Positions 25,546 to 38,074 of a stretch of 64,000 bases of DNA are shown here, in pieces. The notes beneath the pieces are model-generated. The model was not told the DNA's origin, did no database searches, and saw only the letters and a program-made list of their open reading frames with translations. This DNA is from Eledone cirrhosa. Lineage: Eukaryota. Position 1 is the stretch's first letter. Every line of letters starts with the position of its first letter. Where the stretch lies: the NCBI GenBank assembly GCA_964016885.1, contig OZ024744.1, positions 64,790,001 to 64,854,000 of the forward strand, in the 5' to 3' direction. Both the position numbers and the translations under genes were made by a program.

Positions 25546-25555
25546 ATATATATAT

Positions 25556-25746
25556 AATTGTTTCTACTTTTGGCACAAGGCCAGCAATTACCCCAGTGCA
25601 TTACTGGTACTTTATTTTATCTATCCCGTAAGGATGAAAGGCAAAGTTAACCTCGGTGGGATTTGAACTCAGAGCGTAAAGGGCCCTGACTCTATGCTGC
25701 AAAGCATGGTGTCTGACTCTCTACTGATACTGCCAATCCACCGCCC
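25556..25746 (-). mobile_element. SINE copy (short subtype)
   Basis: Family match. Confidence 0.85.
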
Positions 25747-26063
25747 TTATATATAATACATGTAAATTAACTATAGTACTAACACACCATGATTCAGAAT
25801 AAAGGCACATACAATATATACAATATATTTAAGTATAAATTTAGTCAATCATTTAGTTACACAGAGAGTATTTAAAACCTTGTCCATATCACAGCTTCCT
25901 TGATATTGAGTTAATGTGGTTGGTGTTAGGAAGGGCATTCAGCTGTAAAAAACCTTCCGTGCGAGCGAGACATGGTCTCCACATCAAATGGAACAAAACC
26001 GTCTAACCCTTGCTAACGTGGAAGATGGATGTTAAACGACGATGATGATGATGATGATGATGA

Positions 26064-26101
<38 letters not shown>

Positions 26102-26550
26102 GCCTACTCATGTTCAGATACTGAGCTACAAAAGGCAGTATAGTCTAATAGATTTTATAAATTAACCATTTTCTTTTTGAAAGGTTATTTACATAAAGTG
26201 AAGGCTTGACCAACTAGTATTAATTAGTAATAGAACTAATACAGGATGATTCATATAATTAATACTAGTCAGTCGAGCCTGCATTATATGTAAATAAGCT
26301 TTTAATTTACAGAACCATTAGAATGTCGGTCAAAATATCTTGCAAACAAGGGTGTATATGAAGACTTATACACCTTTATATATAAACATATGTATTATAT
26401 ACACCCTTATATATAAACATATATATATATATATACTCTCTTATATATACACATATGTATACATCCTTATATATAAACATATATATACTCTTAGATATAA
26501 ACATATATGATTATATACATATATGTATATATATATCTCGTATGTATATA

Positions 26551-27196
26551 TCTATATATTAATTTCAACAATGTCAGTATTCCGTGTGTCATAATTCTCG
26601 ATTATCATTGGTTCATAGGTTTCAAACAACTCCGCCCACCTCAACGACGCCAAACTTAAATTAATATGCATAATGCCAATGAGGGAGTGAGAGGAGAGAG
26701 TAAGAAACAGAGAGGCAAAGTAAACGCTGTGTTGGATACACTATGTATATGTGTCAGTGTAGAGACATGTGTGTGGAAATAAGAGGGAAGGAAAGCAATA
26801 ACTATTAACATGTGTGCGTGTGTATGTACGTGCGCGTATGTTTATGTGTGTGTGCGTGCAGCGTTCCACAGGAAGTAAAAACTATCAACATGTGTGCATG
26901 TGTGTGTAAGTGCACGGGTGCGTGTGTAACTTTGCGTGCGTGTGTGCGTTTCCATGCGTGTATGTGTGTGTACGTGCGGCATTCCACAATTGCCACGCAG
27001 TTTATCTGTCTGTGAGCCTGTCTGTCAGTCTAACATACACAGAGTTGTGAAGGGAGTAAATAGGGACCTTTTTTTACATTGACGGACATATTTTATATTT
27101 ATTATTGTGTCATTTTTTTGACAATTGCTCGAAATGAATACTGATAATAAAAGCAATTCATCTGTTTACCCGGGCGAAGCTGGGTACGTCAGCTAG
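26551..27196 (+). mobile_element. Non-autonomous Helitron
   Basis: 5' A|TCTATATATT; 3' hairpin TACCCGGGCGAAGCTGGGTA followed by CTAG|T. Confidence 0.75.
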
Positions 27197-27257
27197 TATA
27201 TATACATGTGTGTAAAAGGTAAACACATATATACAGATATATAAAAGTTTAAGCTGT

Positions 27258-27656
27258 GATCATCATCGTCATCATTGTTTCTATGTTTGTTTTTCCAGGC
27301 TAGCATGGGTTGTATGGGTTCTTCCCAGCATATGTCTCTCCACTCGCCACATCATCTCTGTGCCTTTCAGTGATTTGAGATTAACACTCATCACCTTTGT
27401 CAAGGTCTTTTTGGTCTACCTCTACTGCGGATTCCTTGCACTGGGATTTCCTGGCAATTCTTCATCCATAAGTATCACATGTCTGTACCAATGCAATCTT
27501 CTCTCCTGTACACCACTTTGAATACCTCTTAAATTCAACTTCTCCCTCAGTTCATCTAAGCTCTGCCTTTCTCTCATATTTACATTGCACATCCAATGAA
27601 GCATGGTTCCTTCATCTGCAGTCACAGCCCATGTTTCACTACCATGCAACATTGCA
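27258..27656 (-). mobile_element. RTE LINE 3' fragment
   Basis: MLHGSETWAV..RRLHWYRHV; (CAT)n tail. Confidence 0.8.
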
Positions 27657-27829
27657 TTTTTTTAAGTGTTCATACATACATTAAAATCTTTTATTATAAT
27701 ATTATTTAACTTTGCCTTTCATCCTTACGGGGTCGATAAAATAAAGAACCAGTAATACACTGGGTAATTGCTGGCCTTGTGCCTAACGTAGAAACAATTA
27801 TAATATTATTAAGTTTTTTTTGTTGTCAT

Positions 27830-28260
27830 CCTGAGATTCCTATCTTCACTGGTGGCTCACCTAACAGAGGTAACTGGTGAAGCTTATGAGGGCGTTTGGT
27901 TGTTCCAGCGCATCAGCCTCGCCATCACCAGAGGTAACGCTGTGAACGTGCTGGCTTGCCTCAAAAATCCTTAGAGAGGTTTCCCAGTGCTTCTTGTGAT
28001 ACTGTTATCTTTTACTCTGGTAGTGGCCTAGTTGTCCACCCCTTTCGCCTGCCTTTTGTTGTATGTGGTCCTAAATGGGTGTTAATTGCTTTTGTGTTTT
28101 TTTCCATTTTTTTCTTTTCTCTTTCTCCCCCCTCCTTCCCTTCCCTATATAGTATATTTGTTTGTGCTTTCGTTCTGTAAGCATTGTATTATTGTATTTA
28201 TTTTTTAAAACAGTATAATGGTAGACGTGCAGTATTAAAATTCTACATGTTCCAAACATC
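27830..28260 (+). mobile_element. 3' fragment of a CRE-like LINE (RLE endonuclease)
   Basis: Encodes EVTGEAYEGVW / FQRISLAITRGNAVNVLAC, resembling the QRxSxAIQRGNA C-terminal motif of CRE-type elements. Confidence 0.55.
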
Positions 28261-29086
28261 AGCTCACTAACAAAAAGGTTATTTTAATAAATTCTTCAAA
28301 ATCATAGATGATTTTTCAAAATTATTTGAAGCATTTGCTGTATGCTTCATTAGAAGGAGTATAGCTATGTGGTTAGGGTATTCAGTTTATAATCATAAGG
28401 TCGTGAGTTTGATTCTCGGTGGCATGTTATGTCCTTGAGTAAGATACTTTCATGCTGCTCCAGTCCACTCAGCTGAGTTGTATCAGTAGTTTGAATGGCC
28501 AGCCTTGTCACATTCTGTATCACACTGTATCTCCCTGAGAACTACGTTAAGGGTACGTGTGTATGTGGAATACTTACACGTTAATTCCATGAACATGTTG
28601 TTCCATTGAACGGATCAATTGGGACACTCATCGTCGTAACCGACGGAATGCCTCATTGTAATGAAAGGAGTAAATAAGGACAGAAAGGAAAAAAACTAGC
28701 CAGAATGTATGGCAGGGTTAAAGAATAATTAGTCTGGCCTTCTCTGGAATCAATGTGAATCTGTTGGTTTAATGAGCATTCATGGAGATATTGCTTACAG
28801 TGAGAAAATCTTCCATTCTTGCTGTCAATCAAAATGACAACTTTCAACATTATAGAACATGATTAAATGGTTGATATTTTGATGCCATATAAATACATTT
28901 CTTTAATAACATAAATAGCTAGGTACCTTGTTGTTGTTGTCGTTGTTGTTGTTGTAGTAGCTGTTATTGTTGTTTATATTGCTGTTATTGGTGAGGGTGG
29001 GAAGTAGGGGTCCTGTAGTTTCATTTGGTTTTCGTTTCTGTTGTAGTTGTTTGTTAGTGCATTTCGTGTTGTTATTGTTGCTGTTA

Positions 29087-29272
29087 GGGCGGTGGATTGA
29101 CAGTATCGGTAGAGAGTCGGACGCCATGCTTTCTAGCATAGTTACGTCCCTTTACAGTCTGAGTTCAAATCCCGCCGAGGTTGACTTTGCCTTTCATCCT
29201 TACGGGGTCGATAAAATAAAGTACCAGTAATGCACTGGTTAATTGCTGGCCTTGTGCCTAAAGTAGAAACAG
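29087..29272 (+). mobile_element. SINE copy within a (GTT)n tract
   Basis: Full-length family match. Confidence 0.88.
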
Positions 29273-29577
29273 TTATTGTTGCTTTTATTGTTGTTGTTTT
29301 TATGGTTGTTGTTGTTGGTGTAGTTGTTGGGGGAATTTGTTGTTTTTATTGTTGTTGCTTTTATAGCTGTTGTTGTTGTTGCTGTTGTTGTTGATGTTGT
29401 TGTTGTTGATGTTGCATTTGGTGTGGTTATTGTTGCTTTTATGGTTGTTGTGATTATTTTTGTTATAGCTGTTATAACTGTGATTGCAGTTGTAGTTGTT
29501 ATGTGGTTATTGTGTCTGTTGTTGCATTTGTTGTTGGAATTATTGTTGTTGTTATTGTTATGTGATTGTTGTGGTAT

Positions 29578-29612
<35 letters not shown>

Positions 29613-29844
29613 ACAGCAGCAGTTGTTGTTACAGTGGTAATCATTGTTTTAGTTAATATAGTTGTTTGTTGTTGTAGGTTGATTTTGGCCTTGAATGCAA
29701 AAATGATGAATGGTGCCTAAAAAGAAATGACTCAAGTATGCTCCAATGGATGTGTAATAGTTGGTTTAAGAGGAATGAAATCGAATGTGCAAGAAAGAAG
29801 ACTGTTGGTATAGTTGTATGATGTATATGGGGGATGTCAGTTGT

Positions 29845-30071
29845 TTAACCCTTTAGCATTTACACTGGTCAAATCTGGCCAGAATTCTCTCGCCTCTGTT
29901 CTGTTCAAACCAGCCATAACTGGCCACATGTACCAATGTTAAGGTATTGTTCTCAAAATAAATAATATCAAAATCTCATAGATTTGATATTATATGAGAT
30001 TATGTGAGGTAAAGCCTTTACCATGAAAATACAATAGTAAATATAGAGTAATGTAAATGCTAAAGGGTTAA
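29845..30071. mobile_element. piggyBac-like MITE
   Basis: TTAACCCTTTAGCATTTAC...GTAAATGCTAAAGGGTTAA; splits a decayed RTE fragment. Confidence 0.88.
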
Positions 30072-30551
30072 AGAAGTGCTGAGTGCTTGAAGAGTTAGGA
30101 ACTTGTACAAAAGGCAGACATAGAAATATGTAGGAATGAAGTGGTGAAGATGACACTCACAACAGAAGTGACAAAGGGTTGTGTTGATTTAAGGGTACAC
30201 TGTGTTGGAAAAGATTTGTAACAAGGTACCATATATGCTCTCATTAAGTCCCTTCTACTGTCCTAATCCATTATATAAACCTCCTTATCTCTTCAGCTAT
30301 CCCCTCTAATGATCTGTGCAATGCCACCATGTAGCAAGGTGTAGCTATACTTGATTCCTACACATTCACTGTTCTTTCTACATTCTGAGTTCAAATCTCG
30401 CCAAGGTCAACTTTGCCTTTCATTCTTTTGAGGTTGATAAAATAAAGTACCAGTTAATTACTGGGGTTGGTATAATTGACTTTTTCCTCCCCTTCAAATT
30501 GCTGGCCTTGTGCCTAAAGTATAAATAGTTATTATTATTATCATTATCACT

Positions 30552-30737
30552 AGGGCGGTGAGTTGGCAGTAGAGGGTCGGACGTCATGCTTTGCAACATA
30601 GAGTTATGGCCCTTTATGGTCTGAATTCAAATCCCGCTGAGGTTAACTTTGCCTTTCATCCTTACACGGTCGTTAAAATAAAGTACCTGTAATGCACTGG
30701 GATAATTGCTGGCCTTGTGCTAAAAGTAGAAACAATT
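30552..30737 (+). mobile_element. SINE copy in a cluster of 4 co-oriented copies (30380-31050)
   Basis: Family match. Confidence 0.85.
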
Positions 30738-31521
30738 ATTATCACTCAACCATCCAAGGTCAATAAAATAAAGTAGCAGTAAAGTACTAGGTAGATTTAA
30801 TGAACTTTCCCCAACCATCAAATTTCAGGCCTTGTGCTTAAATTAGAAACCTTTATTATCTGGTAGAGCGTCGGACACCATGCATAGAGGTATGACTCTT
30901 TATGTTCTGATTTCAAATTCTGCCAAGGCTAGCTTTGCCTTTCATCCTTAAGGAGTAGAGAAAATAAAGTACCAGTAATACACTGGGGCAGATTTAATTG
31001 ATTTACCCCTTCCCTTCAATTTGCTAGTCTTGTGCCAAATGTAGAAACTATTAGTATCACTATTACTGAACCTTCCTCCTCCACAGTTACCTATCTATCT
31101 TAGCCATTGTCTGTAGCTTACAATTGCAATAATCTTATAACACACACACACACACAGTACTAGAGGCATATCTAGCAGTACCCAAGAAATAAAGTAGTCA
31201 GTTCATGGCTATTTAAAAAAAAAAAAAAATCATGATAATTCATGGTGAACTCTGACTATTTCAGCCATCATCTCACTCTTGGTCATAGCATCATAATTAT
31301 CTCACATAATATTGAATTTATGAGATTTTGATATTATTTATTTTGAGAACAATACCTTAACATCAGTGTGAGTGGCCAGTTACAGCCAGTTTGAACAGAA
31401 AGAAGTGAGAGAATTCTGGCCAGTTATGGCTGGTTTAAGTGCTAAAGGGTTAATAGCAGTAGATTTCTTTTAGTTATTGTGGATTTAGTAAATGTGCAGA
31501 TGTTGTACAATGAAAATATGT

Positions 31522-31736
31522 TTAACCCTTTAGCATTTACATTACTCTATATATACTATTGTATTTTCATGGTAAAGGCTTTACCTCACATAATATCGAA
31601 TCTATGAGATTTTGAATGTATTTATTTTGAGAACAATACCTTAACATCAGTTTGAGCGATGAGTTACAGCCAGTTTGAACAGAAAGAGGTAGTGAATTCT
31701 GGCTGGTTTTGGCCGGTTTGAACATTAAAGGGTTAA
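31522..31736. mobile_element. piggyBac-like MITE
   Basis: TTAA-flanked CCC/GGG TIRs. Confidence 0.88.
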
Positions 31737-33609
31737 TAAATTTAGGAAGAAATGTACTAAAATTCTTTTTTTCTCAAAATGTCCTTGTAAAACCAGGGGG
31801 CATCTTATACAATAGGCCAGCAAATATAGTAGTTTTTATTTAGTTCCAGGTAACCCTTGATATAACAGACCTATGATCAAATACATTCCAGCCATTACCA
31901 TCCTGTATTTTGTATATCTAGGACTACATTATACAATGTGTTCTTTTTATATTGTTTTTTTTGTGTATGTGTATTTTTTTGTGTATGTGTATGACTGTAG
32001 GGTATGAATTGACAGATTTTGGCTGCTATTTTTAGCTTGTTGAGCAACTTTGCAGATGATGTTCCCTTTGCTGGCTTGTTGATGTAGCTGTTGTTGTTGT
32101 TGTTGTTGTCGTTGCTGTTGTTGTTGTCGTTGCTGCTGTTGTTGTTGATGTCATTTCTTGTGAATATTTAATATAGTAAGTAGAAAATGACAACAACAAA
32201 AACAACAACAACATCAAAACCAACAACAACAACAACAACCAACAAAAAACAAAGCAAACACAAAAATAACAAAACCAACAACAAACAAAAACAACCATGG
32301 TTGATTGTGTCTAACCTAGACTGAATAATTGCCTGTTTCAAGTTCAAATTGTGTTAATGTCCAGGAAGAAGGGATTAGGAAATAGAAATTTTAATGTCAG
32401 CCTTTTTTTTTATTATTATTTTTATGTTGCTAAAAGTGGGAACACTGTAACATTTCTTTCAGTTTATTACTTGGGAAATAATATGTTGCAGAGTTATCTA
32501 ACTTAGTTCTGACATTTTTCAGTTGACCCTAACTTCCTGTAAGCATGACCCCTACATATTGACTTCACTATCATCAACTATCTCTCTCTCTCTCTTTCAC
32601 TCTGAAGATTTCAAAATAATTCATACTGAAGGCTATTTTAGACTGTAACCTGTAATTATTACACTGACCCTGTTAGCATCGTATCTGCTTATGTTTCAAG
32701 AGCACACACACACACACACCCACACACACCCACACGCTCACACACTCACACACATACACACACTCAAACGCACACACAGACACACACACACATAATCACA
32801 CATACACACAAACATAAATATATACACATATACATACATACGCACATCCTCACACATACAAACGCAATGAAATACACAATCGCATTCAAACATAATCACA
32901 TATATATATATATACATAAACGCAAACATGCACACAATAACAAACACACACACACACAATTATATACATGTATGCACCACCCTCATGTACAGCCCCCCTC
33001 CCCCCAAAAAAAACAACAAAAAAAACATACCCCATGAATTGGAAGTGGTGCTAAAAATATAATGTTGCTACCGTGAAGATTTGCATAGAGAGAGAAGGGA
33101 AATGAAAAGATGTTATTTATTTTAGACTTTCACACTGTTATGATGTTAATACAACAGAAGGTATTAATATAATCTAAGTTGCCTTCGAGGTACTAATAAC
33201 TAAAGGTAAGAGTAACAATATTTACTGATCTGAATTGGACATCAACTCACTGTGAACAATTATATGGAAGTTCCATTGTTGCCTCAGTATTATTTATCAA
33301 GGAAATGGAATGTATTAAAAATTTAAAAGAAAACAGGGAAAATAATGGTTTCTACTATAGGCAGAAGGCCAGTAATTTGGGGAGAACGGAAAAATCGATT
33401 AAAACAACCCCAGTACATTACTGGTACTTTATTTTATCGACCCCGTAAGGATGAAAGCAAAGTTAATGTTGGCAGGATTTGAAATCAGAATGCACACACA
33501 TGCACACACAGATATGAGCACACATGCACACACAAACATACATGCACACACAGACACATACATACACATATACTCATGCACATAAATGGTATTAGAGGCA
33601 TGTAAAATA

Positions 33610-33822
33610 AATGTTTCTACTTTAGACACAAGGCCAGCAATTTGGGGAGAGAGGGAAAATCGATTAAATGAACCCCAGTGCAGTACTAGTACTTTATTTT
33701 ATCGACCCTGTAAGGATGAAAGGTAAAGTTAACCTTGGCGGGATTTGAAATCAGAACGTAAAGGGCCATAACTGTATGCTGCAAAGCATGGTGTCTGCCA
33801 CTCTGCCAATACTGTCAATCCA
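33610..33822 (-). mobile_element. SINE copy (long subtype)
   Basis: Family match. Confidence 0.85.
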
Positions 33823-34129
33823 CAAGAAGAAAAAAGTAGGGGAGAACATGAAGTCATGCACTCTCAATCCCATACCACAACAAGGGACACTGGAGCTTCC
33901 CTGTAACAATTTTTTAAGTAAGTCAACACACATGCAGCATTGTTGAGGGAGATAGCAAGGCTAAGATGCTGAAATAATCAAGCACTCTCACTGGGAGCAT
34001 TACAGTAAGAAGAGTCACCAACAATGACAAGAACTTCTTTTTCAGCAGCCCAGATGCCCCAAATGTTTCAAACACGACAGGCTAAAAATAACCAGAATTG
34101 TGTTTACCTTTCAGAAATGTAATGTTGAA

Positions 34130-34335
34130 TCCCAAATCTCAAATCCTAAATCCAGGGCCTTCTCACTTCTGTTGGAGGAACCTCTCTCTGGTTGACCTCC
34201 ACCGCTTCCTGTCTCTGATTAGATCATCACACCATCTGGTCTTTGGCCACCCTCTGGTTCTTTTCCACTGCCTTGGTGTCCACTCTAATAGTTCACCTGT
34301 TGTCTCTGAAAGGAGAGACGAGGCTAGCTGATCTA
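34130..34335 (-). mobile_element. RTE-clade LINE 3' fragment (another family)
   Basis: LLEWTPRQWKRTRGWPKTRWCDD; related piece at 44555-44770. Confidence 0.65.
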
Positions 34336-34360
34336 TGTTGACTAAAGACAAATGAAACAT

Positions 34361-34585
34361 TTAACCATTTAGCATTTAAACCAGCCGTATCCGGCCAGAA
34401 TTCTTTCACCTCTTTCTATTCAATTCGGCTGTAACTGGCTGCTCATACTGATGTTAAGGTATTGTTCTCAAAATAAATAATATCAAAATCTCATAGATTC
34501 TCTATTGTATGACATATGTGAGGTAAAGCTTTTACCGTGAAAATACAATAGTAAATATAGAGTAATGTAAATGCTAAAGGGTTAA
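34361..34585. mobile_element. piggyBac-like MITE
   Basis: TTAA-flanked TIRs. Confidence 0.85.
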
Positions 34586-34984
34586 TCTGTCAAACTATGC
34601 AGATCCCAAGTCAAATGATATCCACCATAACAATAAACGAATCTTAGATGATATTGATCCAAAGTAAAAACGACTTACACCCAATATACCCTCTAAACTG
34701 TGTGGTCATTGTATTGGTGCCACACACATCAAAATTCTGCTACTCAGTAGTTTTGAAATATTGCTGTACGGTAGTTTCGTATCAAAATATTTTTGCTCAA
34801 AGCATTAAATGTTCTGTTCAGTGGTTGGGGAAATTTAGAAGGAACATTGCATATGGAACATTGCTTATCTCTTAACAATAAATGAGTTTTGTTGAAATGA
34901 AAGAAATCGAAATATTCACTGATATAATAAAACCCCCCAAAATTTAGTTTTTGCAAAAAGATATGGTCCTTAATCTTGGGTAAT

Positions 34985-35372
34985 ACCGAAAGAATACGAT
35001 CATGATTACAAGCGGCCAAAATGGGAATACTCCAAAGGGTCTTTGGAGCAACGTTACTCAATAGAGTGCGTTGCTCGGAGGTCAGAGAGTCACTCCAGGT
35101 AGAGCCGCTACTTCTCCGAATTGAGAGATCACAGCTCCGATACTATGGGCATGTGGTTAGAATGTCCCAGGAAAGAATCACTGAACAGATTTTCCGGGCA
35201 AAACCAACGGGTAGGAGACCCAGTGTTAGACCCGAACAAGATGGTTGGGTAATATCCATGAGCTTGGCTGGTCATGCTTGGGGATCCAGCCAGATCAGGA
35301 GGAAATTGCTGCGTCTGACAGGACCTACTGGAGGGAGTGTTTGAGGACTCTGCCTCCCACGACCCTCTCAGG
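34985..35372 (+). mobile_element. RTE-clade LINE 3' fragment
   Basis: RLQAAKMGILQRVFGATLLNRVR..IERSQLRYYGHVVRM. Confidence 0.8.
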
Positions 35373-36613
35373 AAGGTAGTGAATTGGCAGAGTTGTTAAA
35401 ATGTTGAATAGAATGCTTTATTGTATTCTGGTTCTCTGCTTTCTGAGTTCAAATACCACCATTTTCAACTTTGCCTTTCATCCTTCTGAGGTTGATAAAA
35501 GAAGTACTTGTCCAGCACTGAGGTCAATTCTTCTTCTATATCTTTTTCTCCCTTCCCTTTTTCTCCCTTCCCTTCTTAACCCCCTCTCTCTTTCTCTGTC
35601 TTTTTCTCTCTCCTTCTCTTGAAGAAATCAGCTGTGTTCATGCCTGGTGAGGAAGACATACCCTATACCATGACAGCGCCCCTATGATCCCACCAGGTGT
35701 TATGGGTCCATACAAACATATATATTGGTTTGTATAATCAATGGAAAAGGAACCCAACTGACTGAGTTGATGTAGGTGCAGCTATAGATTGGGATACTAG
35801 TTGTTTGTATGCAGACATTGGCATTGCACGGTGTCTGTGATTAAGTTACTGGATTCTCCTTGTCTCAGACTATGTCGACTATGTTGAAATAAGTACCATA
35901 CATACATAGAGGGTAAGGTGTCAGCTATTGACACAAGTAAGAGAATGTTAGCCACTATTTATAGAAAATGTTTGATTTTTTGGCAGAAGCAGTTACATCC
36001 CGTTATATTCTGAGTTCAAATCACACCAAGATCAACTTTGCCTTTCAGGTTGATTGAATAAAGTACCAGTCATATACTGAGATTGATACAGTTGACTTTC
36101 CATTTTCTAAAATTGTTGGCCTTGTGTCTAAATTAGAAATCATTTAGTTGGTATTTGTAACATAACATAAAAAAAGGTTCTTAACCCTTTAACATTTAAA
36201 CCATCTATATCCGGCCAGAATTCTCTCCCCTCTTTCTGTTTAAACTGGCTGTAACTGGCCACTTATAGATTCAATATTATGTGAGATAATTCTGTGAAAT
36301 AAAGTTTTTACCATGAAAATATAATAGTATATATAGAGTAATGTAAATGATAAAGGGTTAAAGTTTCTAAATCAAATTAAAATATTGAAGCAAATCAAAT
36401 CCTAATGAAAATATATTCAGCTCCTTTAGGTTCTTTATATTTTCCATTTAAAAAAAATGTTCCATTTGGTTTCACATGTTCTCCTTCAAAATTACCGATT
36501 TAAACTCTGAACATCCATCTATTATAATACACCATACCTACTTTCCTACTACCTCTGGTGCCTTATGTATTTTCTTTAAAATTCATACTCTAAGAGGAAT
36601 TCTAAGTATAGTA

Positions 36614-36801
36614 TAATTGTTTCTACTTTTGACACAAGGCCAGCAATTACCCAATGCATTACTGGTACTTTATTTTATCGACCCCGTAAGGATGAAAGGC
36701 AAAGTTAACCTCGGCGGGATTTGAACTCAGAATGGCAAGGGCCGTAACTCTCTGCATCAAAGCATGGTGTCCAACCCTCTACCGGTACTGCCAATCCACC
36801 A
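36614..36801 (-). mobile_element. SINE copy with TSD-like flanks
   Basis: AAGTATAGTATAAT / AAGTATAATATAAT. Confidence 0.88.
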
Positions 36802-37084
36802 AGTATAATATAATGATAATTTTTCTGTGGGTATAATATTTCAGTAGATTTAAAAAGTAACTCACTCTGCAACTCATTTCCTCAGACTTTGGCTCTAAAA
36901 AGCTTCCAACACTTTGTCCAGTCTCTCTCCACTATAGTGTTGCGATACTTTCAAACTTTCATGTTACCCATTTTCTCTTTAACCCTTTTGTTACCAACCT
37001 GTCCAAAAACTGAGTATTTCATTGACTCATGTACTATTTACATAATCCTCTGGGATAAACTCCATGACAATGTATGAAAAAAAT

Positions 37085-37321
37085 AATTGTTTCTACTTTT
37101 GGCACAAGGCCAGCAATTACCCAGTACATTACTAACCGTCTAACCCATGCTAGCATGGAAGAACAGACGTAAAACGGTGATGATGATAATGATGATTACT
37201 AGTACTTTATTTTATCGACCCCGTAAAGATGAAAGGCAAAGTTAACCTCCGCAGGATTTGAACTCAGACTGTAAAGGGGCGTAACTCTATGCTGCAAAGC
37301 ATGGCGTCCGACTCTCTACCG
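37085..37321 (-). mobile_element. SINE interrupted by a ~60-bp RTE 3' tail (37135-37196, + strand)
   Basis: Insert ACCGTCTAACCCATGCTAGCATGG..(GAT)n flanked by ATTACTA. Confidence 0.75.
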
Positions 37322-38074
37322 AAAAAAATAATGGCTGGACCTTTGTATTATACCAGCTACATCCCATACAGTTTCTGTCTACCAAATTTTAGTCATTCTA
37401 AGGTTAGTTGTTGGTCATTATGTTCGTATCCACTTGGTATTGTGTTGTATCAGGCCTTTGCATTACAGTTACAGCCCATCAATCAGGCATCCATGCAGTT
37501 TCTGCCAACCCAATTTTACTGTCGTGTCTTAGGGGAGGTTAATTTAGCTTATGTATTAACAATTAGACCAAATTTTCTGAGATAACGTTAATTTTTATCA
37601 ATCTATTTTCTAGATATATCTGGCTTAACAAAATGTTAAAGATGTAATTTATTCATGTTGTAATAGTGCACAAGGTGAAGAAAAACCAATATAATTATTT
37701 TAAGACAAGAATTCGTTAATTAAAACCAATGACTATAACGAATTCTAAACATCGTTTTTTTTTACCTGATAATTGAAATTCTTTATTTACTTAAACAACA
37801 GCAACAAAGAAACTGAAGAAACTTCTTTACAAGTTCTTTCTGTTATGTTATTGATTAATTTTCAATGGGAAGTAAGAATTTGCCTTGGCATTACCAGAAT
37901 TAGAATGAATCACTCAAGCTGTATTTCAAATAGCTAAATTTTCTTCAGGCTTCCAAGTTTTTCTCATGGCTGCTCAATTGGTTAGGAACTTTCAATCTTA
38001 TCTTACATAGTAATTATATCTACAGCTATGTATTCTTTACTTCATATAACAGATTTACCATGAAAGATTTAATT

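Noticed and set aside
33126-33205. Possible host exon (TTTTAG...AAG|GTAAGA); similar candidates near 47740 and 49172-49235
   Set aside because: Stops in all frames or no recognisable protein; splice-like signals alone are insufficient
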